A stretch of 64,000 bases of DNA, from the NCBI RefSeq assembly GCF_009914755.1, contig NC_060929.1; one strand, 5' to 3'. This DNA comes from the human T2T-CHM13v2.0 reference genome, Homo sapiens. The position numbers and the translations under genes are program-made. Positions 1 through 14,908 of the stretch are shown here, piece by piece (position 1 is the first letter of the stretch; every line of letters begins with the position of its first letter). The notes beneath the pieces are model-generated. The model made no database searches. It was not told the origin of the DNA and was given only the letters and a program-made list of their open reading frames with translations.

Positions 1-231
<231 letters not shown>

Positions 232-1003
232 TCAAAGAAAGAGCCCGCAGGTCCACACTGACCTAGTGGCAATGCAGACATAAACATAAACAAAGCCTCT
301 TTTAGGAGCCACTGCTGCCTCTCAGAGGGAGACAGAAATTTCCCGGTTTAATAGGCTTTCTCCCCACCTAATCTGCAGTAGTGAGTCCTAAAATCTGTCC
401 CTGTCCCAATGACTGGTGCCTAGAATGCTTCATAAAAGTGAGAGTCCAGCCCCAGAGGTCAGGGAGTCTGAAGTTTCAAAGACTACACAGGGGATAATGT
501 TGCAGATGAGGCCGGGCCCCTGTGTGAGCTGTGCCCACTGTGTGCAGCTTTGTGAGCTCTCCAGGAAACTGGGAGGATTAGGGTTTTGTATGTGAATCAC
601 ATACTTCATTAAGGACTGATTCCAGTATAGGGCTCTAGCCATTTCTGATTGGTTTCTGATGGACAGAGGCTGCCTCTGAGACTCAGCAGGGCGTGGGGTG
701 GCTGTGGCAAGAATGTGTGATTTTAGGGAGGCCGCCAGCAGATTCTCTCTCCAGATCTCTTACTTGTCTGTTTCAAGGATTTGACTTGAGATGTATTTTG
801 AGATATATTGTTGCGGGGTGGCTGGGGGCCTGGGGGTGTCAGCAGGCAAAGGAATGTTCCCTTGGATGCTTCCACTGTTGCTGTTAGCAGTCACAGCAGC
901 TCTCACAGCGGGCGCTGTTCTAAACCCTTAGCAGCCGTCCTCCCATAGCCCTGCAGGATGGTGGAGAGACAGGTGCCATTCTCTTTTTTTTTAAGATGAA
1001 GTA

Positions 1004-1282
1004 GGTCGGGAGCGGTGGCTCATGCCTGTAATCCCAGCCCTTTGGGAAGTTAAGGCAGGCAGATGGCTTGAGCCCAGGAGTTTGAGACTAGCCTGGGCAA
1101 CACAGGGAGACCCTGTCCCTAGCTAAATAAATAAATAAGCTGGGTGTGGTGGTGCATGCCTGTAGTCCCAGCTAAGTGGGAGGCTGAGACGGGAGGATCA
1201 CTTGAGCCCAGGAGGTCGAGGCGAGCCGTGATCACATCACTGCACTCAGAGCAAGACCCTGTCTCAGAAAAAATGTAAAAAA
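1004..1282 (+). mobile_element. Alu (AluJ-like)
   Basis: Alu consensus motifs. Confidence 0.85.
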
Positions 1283-1555
1283 AGATGAAGAAGCTGAACT
1301 TCATGGAGGTCTGCTTAGGGATCCACATCTCAGATGCTCTTGGTCAATGTCAATAGGTTTAGTGGGACCCTGGAGGAAGACATTAGAACATGGTGGGGGC
1401 TGGGTTTAGCTGGACAGTGCCTGCCTCATCCGCTGGGGGTCACTGTGACTCAGCTCCCGCTGATTCTGGACACAGGACACTGTGGCCCAGTGTGACCTTA
1501 GCTGACAATTTTTCAAAAGTAACTGGACGTATAACCTTGTGTAGAAATGCCATCA

Positions 1556-1837
<282 letters not shown>

Positions 1838-1838
<1 letters not shown>

Positions 1839-2036
1839 TATACATATATGTGTATATATAAGTGTGTGTGTATATATATGTATATACATGTATATATATA
1901 CGTATATATGTGTACATATATACGCATATATATGTATATATTATATATATACATATATACACATATATACACATATACACATATATACGTATATATATAC
2001 ACACATATATATGTGTATGTGTGTATATGTATATAT
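1838..2036. repeat. (TA)n/(TG)n/(CA)n compound microsatellite grown from an Alu tail
   Basis: Direct reading. Confidence 0.95.
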
Positions 2037-2347
2037 GAAAGAAATGTCATAATCCATAAATGTTGGCAAACAATTTTTTCAAATGAGCCAAACACTGTGT
2101 AGGACTGGGTGAGGTGGTGTGCAATTTTAGTCTCAGCTGCTAGGGAGGTTGAAGCGGGAGGATCACTTGAGGCCAGTAGTTTGAGGCTACACTGAGCTGC
2201 AATCACGCAGGTGAATAGTGACTGCACTCCAGCCTGGGCGACACAGTGAGACCTCATCTCAAAAACAAAAACAGAACAAAGCACTGTACAGGGCAAGCAA
2301 GTAGGTTCAAGAGTCAACTTTAGTCCACAAGGTGCTGGTTTGAAACA

Positions 2348-2678
2348 GTATTAGTCTGTTTTCACATTGCTATAAGGAAATACCTGAGACTTGGTAATTT
2401 ATAAAGGAAAGAGGTTTAATTGACTCAGTTCCGCATGGTGGGGAGGCCTCAGGAAACTTACAATCATGGCGGAAGGCACCTCTTCACAGGGCAGCAGGAG
2501 AGAGAATGAGTGCCAGCAGGGGAAATGCCAGATGCTTATAAAACCATCAGATCTCGTGAGTACTCACTATCACTAGAACAGCATGGGGGAAACCGCCCCC
2601 ACGATTCGATTACCTCCCACCAGGTCCCTCCAATGACACATGGGGATTATGGGGATTACAATTCAGGATGAGATTTGG

Positions 2679-2679
<1 letters not shown>
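2348..2679 (-). mobile_element. MaLR LTR (MST/THE1 family)
   Basis: tattagtctgttttcacattgctataagg...ggattacaattcaggatgagatttggg resembles MST/THE1 LTRs. Confidence 0.8.
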
Positions 2680-3935
<1,256 letters not shown>

Positions 3936-4973
3936 CAATGTGTACAGTAGTTAGGTGACATTTGGGAAGACTGTTCCAGGTAGAGAAAACAGCAGGTGAA
4001 AAGGCCCAAAGGCAGGAGGGCACTGGTGAGTTCTAGGAAGTAAAAGAAATTCAGCACAGCTGGAGTGGAGAGTGGCAAGGAGGTGCAGCTGAGGCGACTC
4101 ATGCTGGACCTTATAGGCCAGGTGGGAGGGTGAGAGTAGGCCAGGCTACAGTTTGAGAGAAAAAAAAAATCCCAAATCTCAGTGCCAGGCCCAGTACAGG
4201 TTCATTTTCAGCTTGTGTCAAATCTGATGTGGGCCGAACAGCTCTTCTCCATGAGGTAGCTCAGCCGTGTAGAACACATGGTCGCGGGGTGAAGGGAAGT
4301 CTGGACAAGGCCCCCAGTCTCCATGGCCCCAGCCTGAAAGGAACTCTTCCACTCACAGACCACACAGCAGGGGAGGCTGGCAAGGTGGGGGCACAGATTT
4401 CTGGGAGCCCCAACTGTCTGTCCCACTCGTATTCACCCGAAGTCAAGGCTAAGACTTCATCCTGACAGCACTGGGAAGTCAGCCAGGGTTTTCACACAGA
4501 GGTAGTGACAAGATGGGACTTGCATTTTCAGTTTTTCCTTTTTTCACTGTAGCTCTCAGATCTTATGACTTGTGTTTTAGAAAGATTCATCTGGCTAGAG
4601 GACTCCTCTGAAGCAGGGGAGCTGGAGTTTGGTGGAGCGGGGAAAGTGGCTGCAGCGGGAGTTGGCCACAGCAGAGGCACGATATATTTGTAGTTAACTC
4701 ATGCAACTTCCACCTTGCAGGCTCAGCCAAAAAACCGAAAAAAAGAATGTGAGAAAAATCAATTCATGTAATTAAAAAACAATCCAAAAGCATTTTGTGT
4801 ATGTCCTTTCCTAGATTGGAGATTGTCCACATTTTATGCATATATTCTGAATAGCCCAAACCCAGGGAGTGTATACTCTATGGGCCTTTTAAGAGATTTT
4901 CAGGGGTAACTGAGCTCCTGGCTGACTTGAGAACCTCACTGTCATGGAATTGCCCTCTACTCAGGGTCTGTAA

Positions 4974-5816
<843 letters not shown>

Positions 5817-6681
5817 TAGATCTTTGATAGGAGATCTAATTTACATCAAGGAACTCAGAAGCTCAGACACACCTTGTCCCACAGTAGCCAGGAGCCCTGG
5901 AAACAATCCCCAATGTGGAGTTGGACGTGTTGGTTTCATGGCCACAGTTTTAGCTGTGGTTTCAGTATTCTTGTGTATAAAATATGGGTAACTGCACAAA
6001 GCTATTTTGAAGCTCCAGTAAAGCAAGGTTGGTGAAAGCATTTTGCAAACTGCTAAGCGCTGTCCAAATGTTGTATCCTCAGACTTTACACGTCACTGAA
6101 AGTGTTTCTGAGTCGTGCTAAAGAAATCCACGTGGAAGATTAAGGGAATTTATGCCTGCAGTAATGTCTTTGGGCTGCACCTACACTATTTGACTTTGAA
6201 CTTAATTTCCTGAATTACCTTCACTGCTTGGGGAGCTGTGCCCATCATCTCCTGCAGGCCACAGCCCTGGCCCTCATTTCTGTGGGTTGGCAAGGGCTGG
6301 GGTGGAGGTGGGGTGAGCAGTTTGTTAGAGACCGCCCTGAAAGCCTTGCTGCCAGATCTCAGTGACATGAGTAAGGTCGTGTGGAAATATGTGACTTCCT
6401 GTTATGGAATTAGCCTGGGACAGTGAAGAGTGGCCTTGGGGTGAACCAGAGGGCACTTGCCCACCTGGGTATGGGTATCCCAGCTGCACTTGATTGTTAC
6501 TTTGGGGGAAGGCAGTACAGTGTGAGCTAAATCTTCGGACTTTCCTAGAGAAGCCTGAAATCCACGTATCTTCATTTTTCATTCTCAGGGCAACTCCAGT
6601 GCCTGGGTGGAGTTAGTGCCTGAGTTGGTTGTGTAGCTTTGGGCCGCTGCTCTTGACTTCAGTTTTCTCATTTAAAATTGG

Positions 6682-7138
<457 letters not shown>

Positions 7139-7465
7139 TTGGTGACCATACCACCTTACTTTGGTTGTTAAGATACAGAAGAGAAAATGGAATGCCCAGC
7201 CCACCACACTGGTCCTGGCTGCAGGAATCCACTGGAAACGCTAGTTCCTTGTGTTCTGGGTTGCTATTTGGTAACCTGCAGGCTCCAGAGGTTGTAATCC
7301 TGCTTGCCTTGGGGCCCACCACCCATATGATTAAAAGGAATAACGGGATTACCGAGGCCTTTAAAATTTTGTGGTCAAGGAGATAATATAAAGGAGTTTT
7401 GTGTATTAGGAAGAGAACAACGCCCCCACCCTGTCCTTTACCTCGTGAGTTCACGAGTGGTGTAT

Positions 7466-7764
7466 TTGTTTTGTTTTGTTTTTGAGACGATGTCTCGCTC
7501 TGTCGCCCAGGCTGGAGTGCAGTGGCGAGATCTCGGCTCACTGCAAGCTCCGCCTCCCGTGTTCACGCCATTCTCCTGCCTCAGCCTCCCGGTAACTGGG
7601 ACTACAGGCGCCCACCACCACGCCCGGCTAATTTTTTTGTATTTTTAGTAGAGACGGGGTTTCACCATGTTCGCCAGGATGGTCTCGATCTCCTGACCTC
7701 GTGATCCGCCCGCCTGGACCTCCCAAAGTGCTGGGATTACAGGCGGGAGCCACCGCGCCCGGCC
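7466..7764 (-). mobile_element. AluY-like element
   Basis: gcaagctccgcctcc and ttcacgccattctcc diagnostic bases. Confidence 0.9.
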
Positions 7765-7773
7765 TCCGTATTT

Positions 7774-8145
<372 letters not shown>

Positions 8146-8699
8146 TTACAGGAAAAAATTTAAGTAAACAAAAGTACAAATGCGATGTCAATCGTTCAGG
8201 TGGTGCCAGGGGACAGAGAACCGGGGAACACCAAGGTCTCATCGTCCCTGCAGAGCATCTCTGGGGGAGGCGACGGACAGGGCGCGAGCGCGGGGCTTGG
8301 AGGGCACCAAGGTCCAGGGGGATGGCGGGTTCAGTCCCAATCCCTCCGACCCGTGCTGAGGGCCTTGGAGGACCCCACTCGCCCAACCTCGGAAGCCCGG
8401 GTTCTGCCACTTCCAGCCACGCGTCCTTGGGCTGCGAAACTTTCTCCAGCCCAGTTTCCTCTTTTGGGACATGGGGAGGCGGAGGCTGCCAATGCTGGGA
8501 TGGAGTCCTCGAGAGCAAGAGACCAGCGGCCTCGACGAGCTTACAATCCGATTAGGCCCTCCCACCGATGTGCTGTAGCTGCCCGCCGCCCTGGACCCGG
8601 CGCCGTCCCGCCCGGCTTCGGGAGCCCTCCGTAGCGGCCGGACTCGCGCGCGTTCTAAAATGAGGACAAAGCCCGCCCAGGTCTAGAGCGCGCGCGCCG

Positions 8700-8803
8700 T
8701 GGCGGCCAATGGGACGCTGAAGCTAGGTTGAGTGACGGACTTGAGCAGCCAATGAGTATGCAGTTTGTTGCGATGTGGCACCCGGCTCCGGCATTATAAA
8801 GGG
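8700..8803 (+). promoter_or_regulatory. HNRNPAB core promoter: two CCAAT boxes and a TATA box
   Basis: CCAAT at 8706-8710 and 8749-8753 (GCAGCCAATGAG, NF-Y consensus); TATAAAGG at 8795-8802. Confidence 0.8.
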
Positions 8804-8824
8804 CGCCACGAGTCGGCATTGTCA

Positions 8825-9031
8825 GGCGGCGGCACCGCGCGGGACGGAGCTTGGCTGTTGGTCGGTGGGTTCCCGTGCGGCGGCGGCCAAGGAGGAGGAG
8901 ACACAGTTGGAGCAGCTCCGTGGGCTGACTGGGGCGAGGCCTCAGCAGCGCGAGCTTGAGTGCGGCCGAGCCTGCGGCGCCTTCCCCTGCGGGTGGGGAC
9001 GAGCGGGCCCCGCGGCGTCATCGGCGGCGAG
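8825..9031 (+). other. HNRNPAB: HNRNPAB non-coding exon 1 (5' UTR); start approximate
   Basis: Starts about 30 nt after TATAAA (8795-8800); donor GAG|gtgagc at 9031/9032; next acceptor ttgcag| at 9105. Confidence 0.8.
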
Positions 9032-9128
9032 GTGAGCGGCGGCCGGCGGGCGGGAGCTCTGGCGGGAGCCGCACCGGCCTGACGCGCTGTCGCCGCTGGT
9101 TGCAGGAGCCGCCGCGCCTCGGCCTAGC

Positions 9129-9337
9129 ATGTCGGAAGCGGGCGAGGAGCAGCCCATGGAGACGACGGGCGCCACCGAGAACGGACATGAGGCCGTCCCC
9201 GAAGGCGAGTCGCCGGCCGGGGCTGGCACGGGCGCCGCGGCGGGGGCTGGAGGCGCGACCGCGGCGCCCCCGAGCGGGAATCAGAACGGCGCCGAGGGCG
9301 ACCAGATCAACGCCAGCAAGAACGAGGAGGACGCGGG
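9129..9337 (+). CDS. HNRNPAB: HNRNPAB exon 2 coding part (exon starts 9106)
   Basis: ATG 9129, MSEAG...NEEDAG, donor GG|gtaggt. Confidence 0.95.
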
Positions 9338-12300
9338 GTAGGTGCGGCCGCGGGCGGACGGGGGCGCCGCCTTTGTTCCGGGGCCGCCTTTTGTTGGCGC
9401 CACGCGGCGGGGGGAGGGGCGGCGGCCTGGCCCGGGTCGGGGCTGGTGCGGCCCGCGGACTGTCGCCGCTGCGTTCGCGGGCCGGGCCTGGCGCTGCCAC
9501 TCGCGCTGGAGTTTGCGGGAGTTTGTTGGGTCGACTTTGGCGCCGCCCCGGGGCCGCTCGCGCGCTGCCAGGGCCAGGGCCAGGGCCGGAGCCGGCGCAG
9601 GGGCGGGCGGATGGCCCGGAAGAGGGAAAGCGCTCGGACCCGGGGCCCGGCGGCGTCTTGGGCCGCGCCGGGGGCTGCGTGGGCGGAGTTGGCGCGAGCC
9701 GGGGCCCGGACCTCCCTCCTCCGCCTCTCCCGGGGGCGGAGTCACGGTCTGAACCCTGGGCGGGCTTGGTCCCCGGAAACATCGAGTTCCTTGAAACGAG
9801 TTCTCAGGAGTTGGTGGAGACGCTGGCCCTTTGCTACATGGTTGTAGAACACATGAATTTCCAGTTATGAGTGGTTAGGTCCCATACCCCTGGTGAGGTG
9901 GTCCCTTCTTTGCTTCTCACAGGCTGGGGCTGCAGAGCCTTGTTAAGCCTCGTTAGGGTCCTGGTTGAGTTCAATTTGGAGGGTAGTGGAGATTTAACAT
10001 CTTTCTAAGGTGCTCCTTGCAGACTCTAAGGGTAGCTGTAGACTTCGTGAGAACTTTGCCAGGGCCAGTCCTTTCCAAAATCACAGCTTGCTTACAAGAC
10101 TTGTTGCCGTGTGTCTCACCCTACCATTTCAGAAAAATGTTCGTTGGTGGCCTGAGCTGGGATACTAGCAAAAAAGATTTAAAAGACTATTTTACTAAAT
10201 TTGGAGAGGTCGTTGACTGTACAATAAAAATGGATCCCAACACTGGACGGTCAAGAGGGTTTGGGTTTATCCTGTTCAAAGATGCAGCCAGTGTGGAGAA
10301 GGTAAGCTGGGTACTGGATTTCAGCAGTCTCAGTGGAAACGATTTGAATTCTAAGAGGACACCTTTCTTAAAGCATGACTAGTTTGTGTGGTCTGCATGT
10401 GATTTGAGTGCTTTGGGCAAAACCCAAAGCCGGAGGTTATGTTCCGGTTTTTGAGGGGATGAAAATACAGATTAAGCTGGGAGTGAGAGAATGTGCTGGA
10501 GTGGTTCGGGAAGATGACAGTTGACATTCATTACCTTTTATGTGCCTATTCTGGGTACGGCGCTAAACATCTGGGAGGATTACAAGAGAGTCCATGATTG
10601 GTATGATAGGCTTTTAGCCCCATTTTACAGGACAAAAACCAAAACCCTAAGGCTCAGAAATGTAAGTAGAAGAGGTCACAGCTAGTAGGGAGTGGAGGGA
10701 GGATTCCTTCCCCTGTGGCCCATCTTCAGCCTATGCTCCGAGTCCCTGCTGCTTCGCTTCTGGAGATGGGCCTCACGCTGGGACTGCTTGGGCAGGAAGA
10801 GCATGATCAAAGGCTTAAGTGTGAGGACTGTTTTCTAGGTGTCGAGGTAAACCAGCTGTACTTGAGGTTTGATGAAAATTGGGTTGGGAGGTTAAGCTGG
10901 GGTAGAATTTGGAGGGGGTGAAACATGTTTGTATCTGTACTGGTGTCTTTATGGCTTAGAGAGAAGGGCCTTGTCTGGCTCGTGCTGCTGAGTCAGCCTG
11001 ACCCCTTTCTGTTGGAACAGGTCCTAGACCAGAAGGAGCACAGGCTGGATGGCCGTGTCATTGACCCTAAAAAGGCCATGGCTATGAAGAAGGACCCGGT
11101 GAAGAAAATCTTCGTTGGGGGTCTGAATCCTGAAGCCACTGAGGAAAAGATCAGGGAGTACTTTGGCGAGTTTGGGGAGGTGAGTGTGGCTCTGGGAATA
11201 GCCCATCAGCTGCCCCTAAGGCTGCCTTCTTTCTGGTCCTTGGTATCCTTGGCTGGCTAGACCCTCCCAGGCAGGGCTTATTTTTCACCCTCTGTCTTCA
11301 ATGGGGTCTTTTCTCCTGTGAGTCCCCTATATGCTCTGGGGTAGGGAGGTATTGGGCCTGAGTTTGCCTATGCTTTTTGCAGATTGAGGCCATTGAATTG
11401 CCAATGGATCCAAAGTTGAACAAAAGACGAGGTTTTGTGTTTATCACCTTTAAAGAAGAAGAACCCGTGAAGAAGGTTCTGGAGAAAAAGTTCCATACTG
11501 TCAGTGGAAGCAAGGTAAGGTGTTCCCAGCTCTGCTTGGCCTCCTGTGCTGCTGGAGAGCTGGCCCTTAGAGGGATGGGTTAGGGGTTGGGCCTCATGCA
11601 GGAGCTCTCCAGGTTGGTCAGACTTTACTATTTCTCTGAAGCGTATGCTGCCCTGATTGGGGCAGTGTTCCAATCCTTGAAAGACTTCCCAGGCTGGGAG
11701 GACTGCCAATAAACAACACAGGATGTGAGGGAGGTAGGAGAAGGTGGCCTCTGTGAATAGAGCAGGTTGAGTAGCCTCTTTAGCTCCTCACTTAAAGCTA
11801 GAGGTGACAGTTCTAGATTCTTGAGTCCAGGGGTATGAAGCCTGCAGTTTAAGGTCTCAGAAGATCCTAGAACTTCTGCAACTCACTGATTCTCCTCTGT
11901 GGTGAAGTTTTTCTTATTCCAGAGCCTTTCTACCTCCTTCTACAACCAAGTCTTTGTCCACTTCCATCCACTTTGAGCACTTTTTTTTTTTTTTTTTTTT
12001 TGCTTTGAGACAGAGTCTTGCTTTGTTGTCCAGGCTGGGGTGCGGTAACACAATCATGGCTCACTGCAACCTTGACCTCATGGGCGGACCGGATCCTCCC
12101 ATCTCAGCCTCTCGAGTAGCTGGGACCACAGGCATGTACCACCATGCCTGGCTCATATGTTTTTTTAAAGCCTGGTCTCACCATGTTGCCTGGGCTCAAG
12201 CCATCCTCTGCCTTGGCCTTGTAAAGTGTTGGGATTACAGGCATGAACTGCCTCACTTGGTCTTCTGGGCACCTCTTTAAGTTAACCCTAAACCCAGGCA

Positions 12301-14908
12301 AAAATCCTTCCAAAGATCTCCCAGGGTCCTGGCCAGCTTAAATCCAGGGTCAGTTGTGCTTTCAAATGCGTGGATTCATGTGCAGGGAGGTGTAGCTCTT
12401 CCCCTCCTGAACTCTGGTCAGGGAAAGGGTAGTTCAGGCTTCAAGTTGGCAGTTGGGAGTTGAGGGTGCGGCCTGCAGTGGCAGGGTGTGGCAGGTTCTG
12501 TTTCTGAGCAGGAGTTGGCAGCCAGATAAGGTGGGACAGGTGGAACTCCTGGAAGTCTCTATCCTGGCTGGGAGTTTGGAAAGAGTGGATTAGGATAGTC
12601 TTAAATTTTCTATAAAATGACAGTCTTTGAGGCAGTTAGGGGAAGCAGTGGTTATTACTCCAGTGGACAGTGATAGAGGCCTTTTTCTCTATGTGCCATA
12701 ATGGGAAATGGGTGGGAAGAGCCTCTAAGGCAGAGTTTAAGTGAAACTACTGGTAGTGAGTCTTAGGAGTAAGTATATTTAGTTGGTTATATTCAGTATT
12801 TTTAATTTAGTAGGATAGAATATATCAGATTGCATTATTTTAATTTGCCAATTAAAAGTATGACTGGGACACTGTAAAATGTACTATTTTTAATGGGTGT
12901 GCATGTCAGGATTTTCTTTAGAAATACACTGGTCTGGTCTAATTTATTTAAGCAGGAGCACTTTAAAGTATCCCACCCTACCCCATTCCACCCCCAGTGG
13001 ACAGAAAGGAAATTGACTGACTTGAGGGGATGCAGACATCTGGGTTATTCCAACAGACCAGTGGTTAGGAGGAGGGGGTGGGTAGCATTATGGCCTCGGG
13101 CAGGCCCCCCCACCCTGAGCCTCTGAAAGCTGACTTTATCTGTAAGAGGGAGGTCAGGCTCGCCTTCTCAATAGCGTGTATTTGGATGAGATGAGTTTCT
13201 TCTGTAAAGAGAAAAAGATGTTAAAACCTCATTGTCTAAGGCCCCTCATCTGAGAAGTCTTGTCTGACCCTCTAGCCCAGCAGGACCAAGGTGTGGTGCC
13301 TGGTCCCAGCCTGTCCTCTGCTCCCCTGGGCTGCAGTTGGCCCAGTTGCCTGCCTCCATTAGATACGGAGTTGCTCTGGGGCTGAGATGCCCATCTCAAG
13401 TGCATTCTGTCGGAAGGGTTCTCTGCTGGAAGGCCTTTGGTTTTAGTTGGGATTCCATGAGCTTTAGCCCAAAGGTGGCCTCCCATACTAGCATATTTTG
13501 TTTCTCAGCAAATGGACCTGATCCACCATTTGATGTTTGTCGCAGTGAAGGTGTTTGGGCAGTCACTGCCCTGAGTTTGTCCTACTGGCCTGACCACTGT
13601 CCTCTTGACTTTTAGTGTGAGATCAAGGTGGCCCAGCCCAAAGAAGTCTATCAGCAGCAGCAGTATGGCTCTGGGGGCCGTGGAAACCGCAACCGAGGGA
13701 ACCGAGGCAGCGGAGGTGGTGGTGGAGGTGGAGGTGAGTGGAACGTGGATGAAGATAGGTCCTGTTTCCCTGCCTACATGGAGCCTTCCAAGCCTGTCTT
13801 GGGGCTCCCTCTGGTGCTGTGCAGCAGGGGTGGGCAGATTGTGTGAGGTTGGGGACGAACAGGAATAGGAACGGCTCTGGGTCAGGGCTGTATGCTTGAG
13901 GCTGTTGCCTGCTGCTGCCCCTTGGAATGGCTTGGGTGCCCAGGGCAGAGAGAGCATTTGTGTTACACTCTGGGGGAGGGGATGTGATGGGTGTCTTGGC
14001 TTTGTGGATGTCCTGAGTCTGGTACACCTGTGAGCAGGTAGGCAGAAGGGTGGGTAGGGCAGAGCTGTGCCAGGCATTTATCCCCTTCCATCCCAGGCCC
14101 CTCTGACTCCAAAGCCTGAACTGCATCTTTTTAAAGGCTAAGCTGCCAAGGAGAGTGGGAGTGATCAGAGAGTGACTGAGTGAGTGAGCTGCCTTGTTTG
14201 CCCCAAGTAAAGTTAGCATCCTGGTCTCTGATCCTCTGCTTGGGTCTCTCAGATGCAGGGTTGGGCCCAGGGCCCTATACACCAGAACAGCAGCCCCTTG
14301 GCTTCTGCCTGAGTTGCCACAGTAACCCTGCCACCCCAAAGGGCAGGATTTCCTCCATCCTAGCTCCTGCGTATGCTAAATGGTCCACGGGCCCCTGTGC
14401 CCTGCTCCCCCCACAGGTCAGAGTCAGAGTTGGAATCAGGGCTACGGCAACTACTGGAACCAGGGCTACGGCTACCAGCAGGGCTACGGGCCTGGCTATG
14501 GCGGCTACGACTACTCGCCCTATGGCTATTACGGCTACGGCCCCGGCTACGACTACAGTAAGTAGGAGAGAGGGAGGCCCCATCCGCTCACCCCTCGTCC
14601 CCAGGGGAGGCAGGACAGTGTAGGAGCCACTGGCAGCAGGGGCTTTGGAGTCAGACAGGCCTGGCTCAGCCATGGGAGCTACTTGATTTTGAGCCTTAGA
14701 CTTCGGGGTCTTAATAACATGAGGAAGGCAATCTCTGCTGTCACGGCTGGTGAGGGTCCTGGGAAGATGCATATCAAGCGCGTGGCACAGGGCAAATGCT
14801 TGTAAATAGTAGCTGCTATGGTTGTTCTCGTCCCTAGGTCAGGGTAGTACAAACTACGGCAAGAGCCAGCGACGTGGTGGCCATCAGAATAACTACAAGC
14901 CATACTGA
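9129..14908 (+). CDS. HNRNPAB: Heterogeneous nuclear ribonucleoprotein A/B, spliced CDS (332 aa; 285 aa without exon 14417-14557)
   Basis: Coding exons 9129-9337, 10133-10301, 11021-11179, 11383-11514, 13616-13733, 14417-14557 and 14838-14908 are all GT-AG, frame-consistent and total 999 nt. Protein [10 protein letters not shown]..., two RRMs (RNP2 MFVGGL/IFVGGL; RNP1 [16 protein letters not shown]), a Gly/Tyr-rich tail and C-terminal HQNNYKPY (PY-NLS). Confidence 0.98.
10133..10301 (+). CDS. HNRNPAB: HNRNPAB exon 3 (RRM1)
   Basis: tttcag|A AAA ATG TTC...GAG AAG|gtaagc; KMFVGGLSW...RGFGFILF. Confidence 0.97.
11021..11179 (+). CDS. HNRNPAB: HNRNPAB exon 4
   Basis: aacag|GTC CTA GAC...GGG GAG|gtgagt; VLDQKEH...KIFVGGL...FGE. 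Confidence 0.97.
11383..11514 (+). CDS. HNRNPAB: HNRNPAB exon 5 (RRM2)
   Basis: ttgcag|ATT GAG GCC...AGC AAG|gtaagg; RGFVFITF. Confidence 0.97.
11981..12262 (-). mobile_element. AluJ-like element in HNRNPAB intron 5
   Basis: T tract plus diverged reverse Alu. Confidence 0.85.
12780..13201 (-). other. PHYKPL: PHYKPL terminal non-coding exon (3' UTR) inside HNRNPAB intron 5; 3' end approximate
   Basis: Strong minus-strand acceptor catctttttctctttacag| at 13202-13203; minus-strand AATAAA (12943-12948) and ATTAAA (12801-12806, 12839-12844, 12889-12894); pairs with the unused donor at 16173. Confidence 0.7.
13616..13733 (+). CDS. HNRNPAB: HNRNPAB exon 6
   Basis: ttttag|TGT GAG ATC AAG...GGA G|gtgagt; [18 protein letters not shown] plus RG/Gly tract. 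Confidence 0.96.
14417..14557 (+). CDS. HNRNPAB: HNRNPAB exon 7, 141-nt symmetric cassette (Gly/Tyr-rich)
   Basis: ccacag|GTCAG...TAC A|gtaagt; 47 codons, phase 1 on both sides. Confidence 0.96.
14838..14908 (+). CDS. HNRNPAB: HNRNPAB last exon coding part
   Basis: ccctag|GTCAG GGT...AAG CCA TAC TGA. Confidence 0.96.

Larger units (their letters stand above)
8250..9800. promoter_or_regulatory. CpG island over the HNRNPAB promoter and exons 1-2
   Basis: Very GC- and CpG-rich by inspection. Confidence 0.9.

Noticed and set aside
8956-9870. Long ORFs (304, 254 and 154 aa) across the HNRNPAB CpG island
   Set aside because: Stop-poor GC-rich DNA, mostly non-ATG starts, crossing splice sites, with low-complexity Arg/Gly/Pro products.
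10302-13615. Possible intronic snoRNA or miRNA in HNRNPAB introns
   Set aside because: I found no convincing C/D or H/ACA box pair or long hairpin by eye; an Infernal/Rfam scan would be needed.
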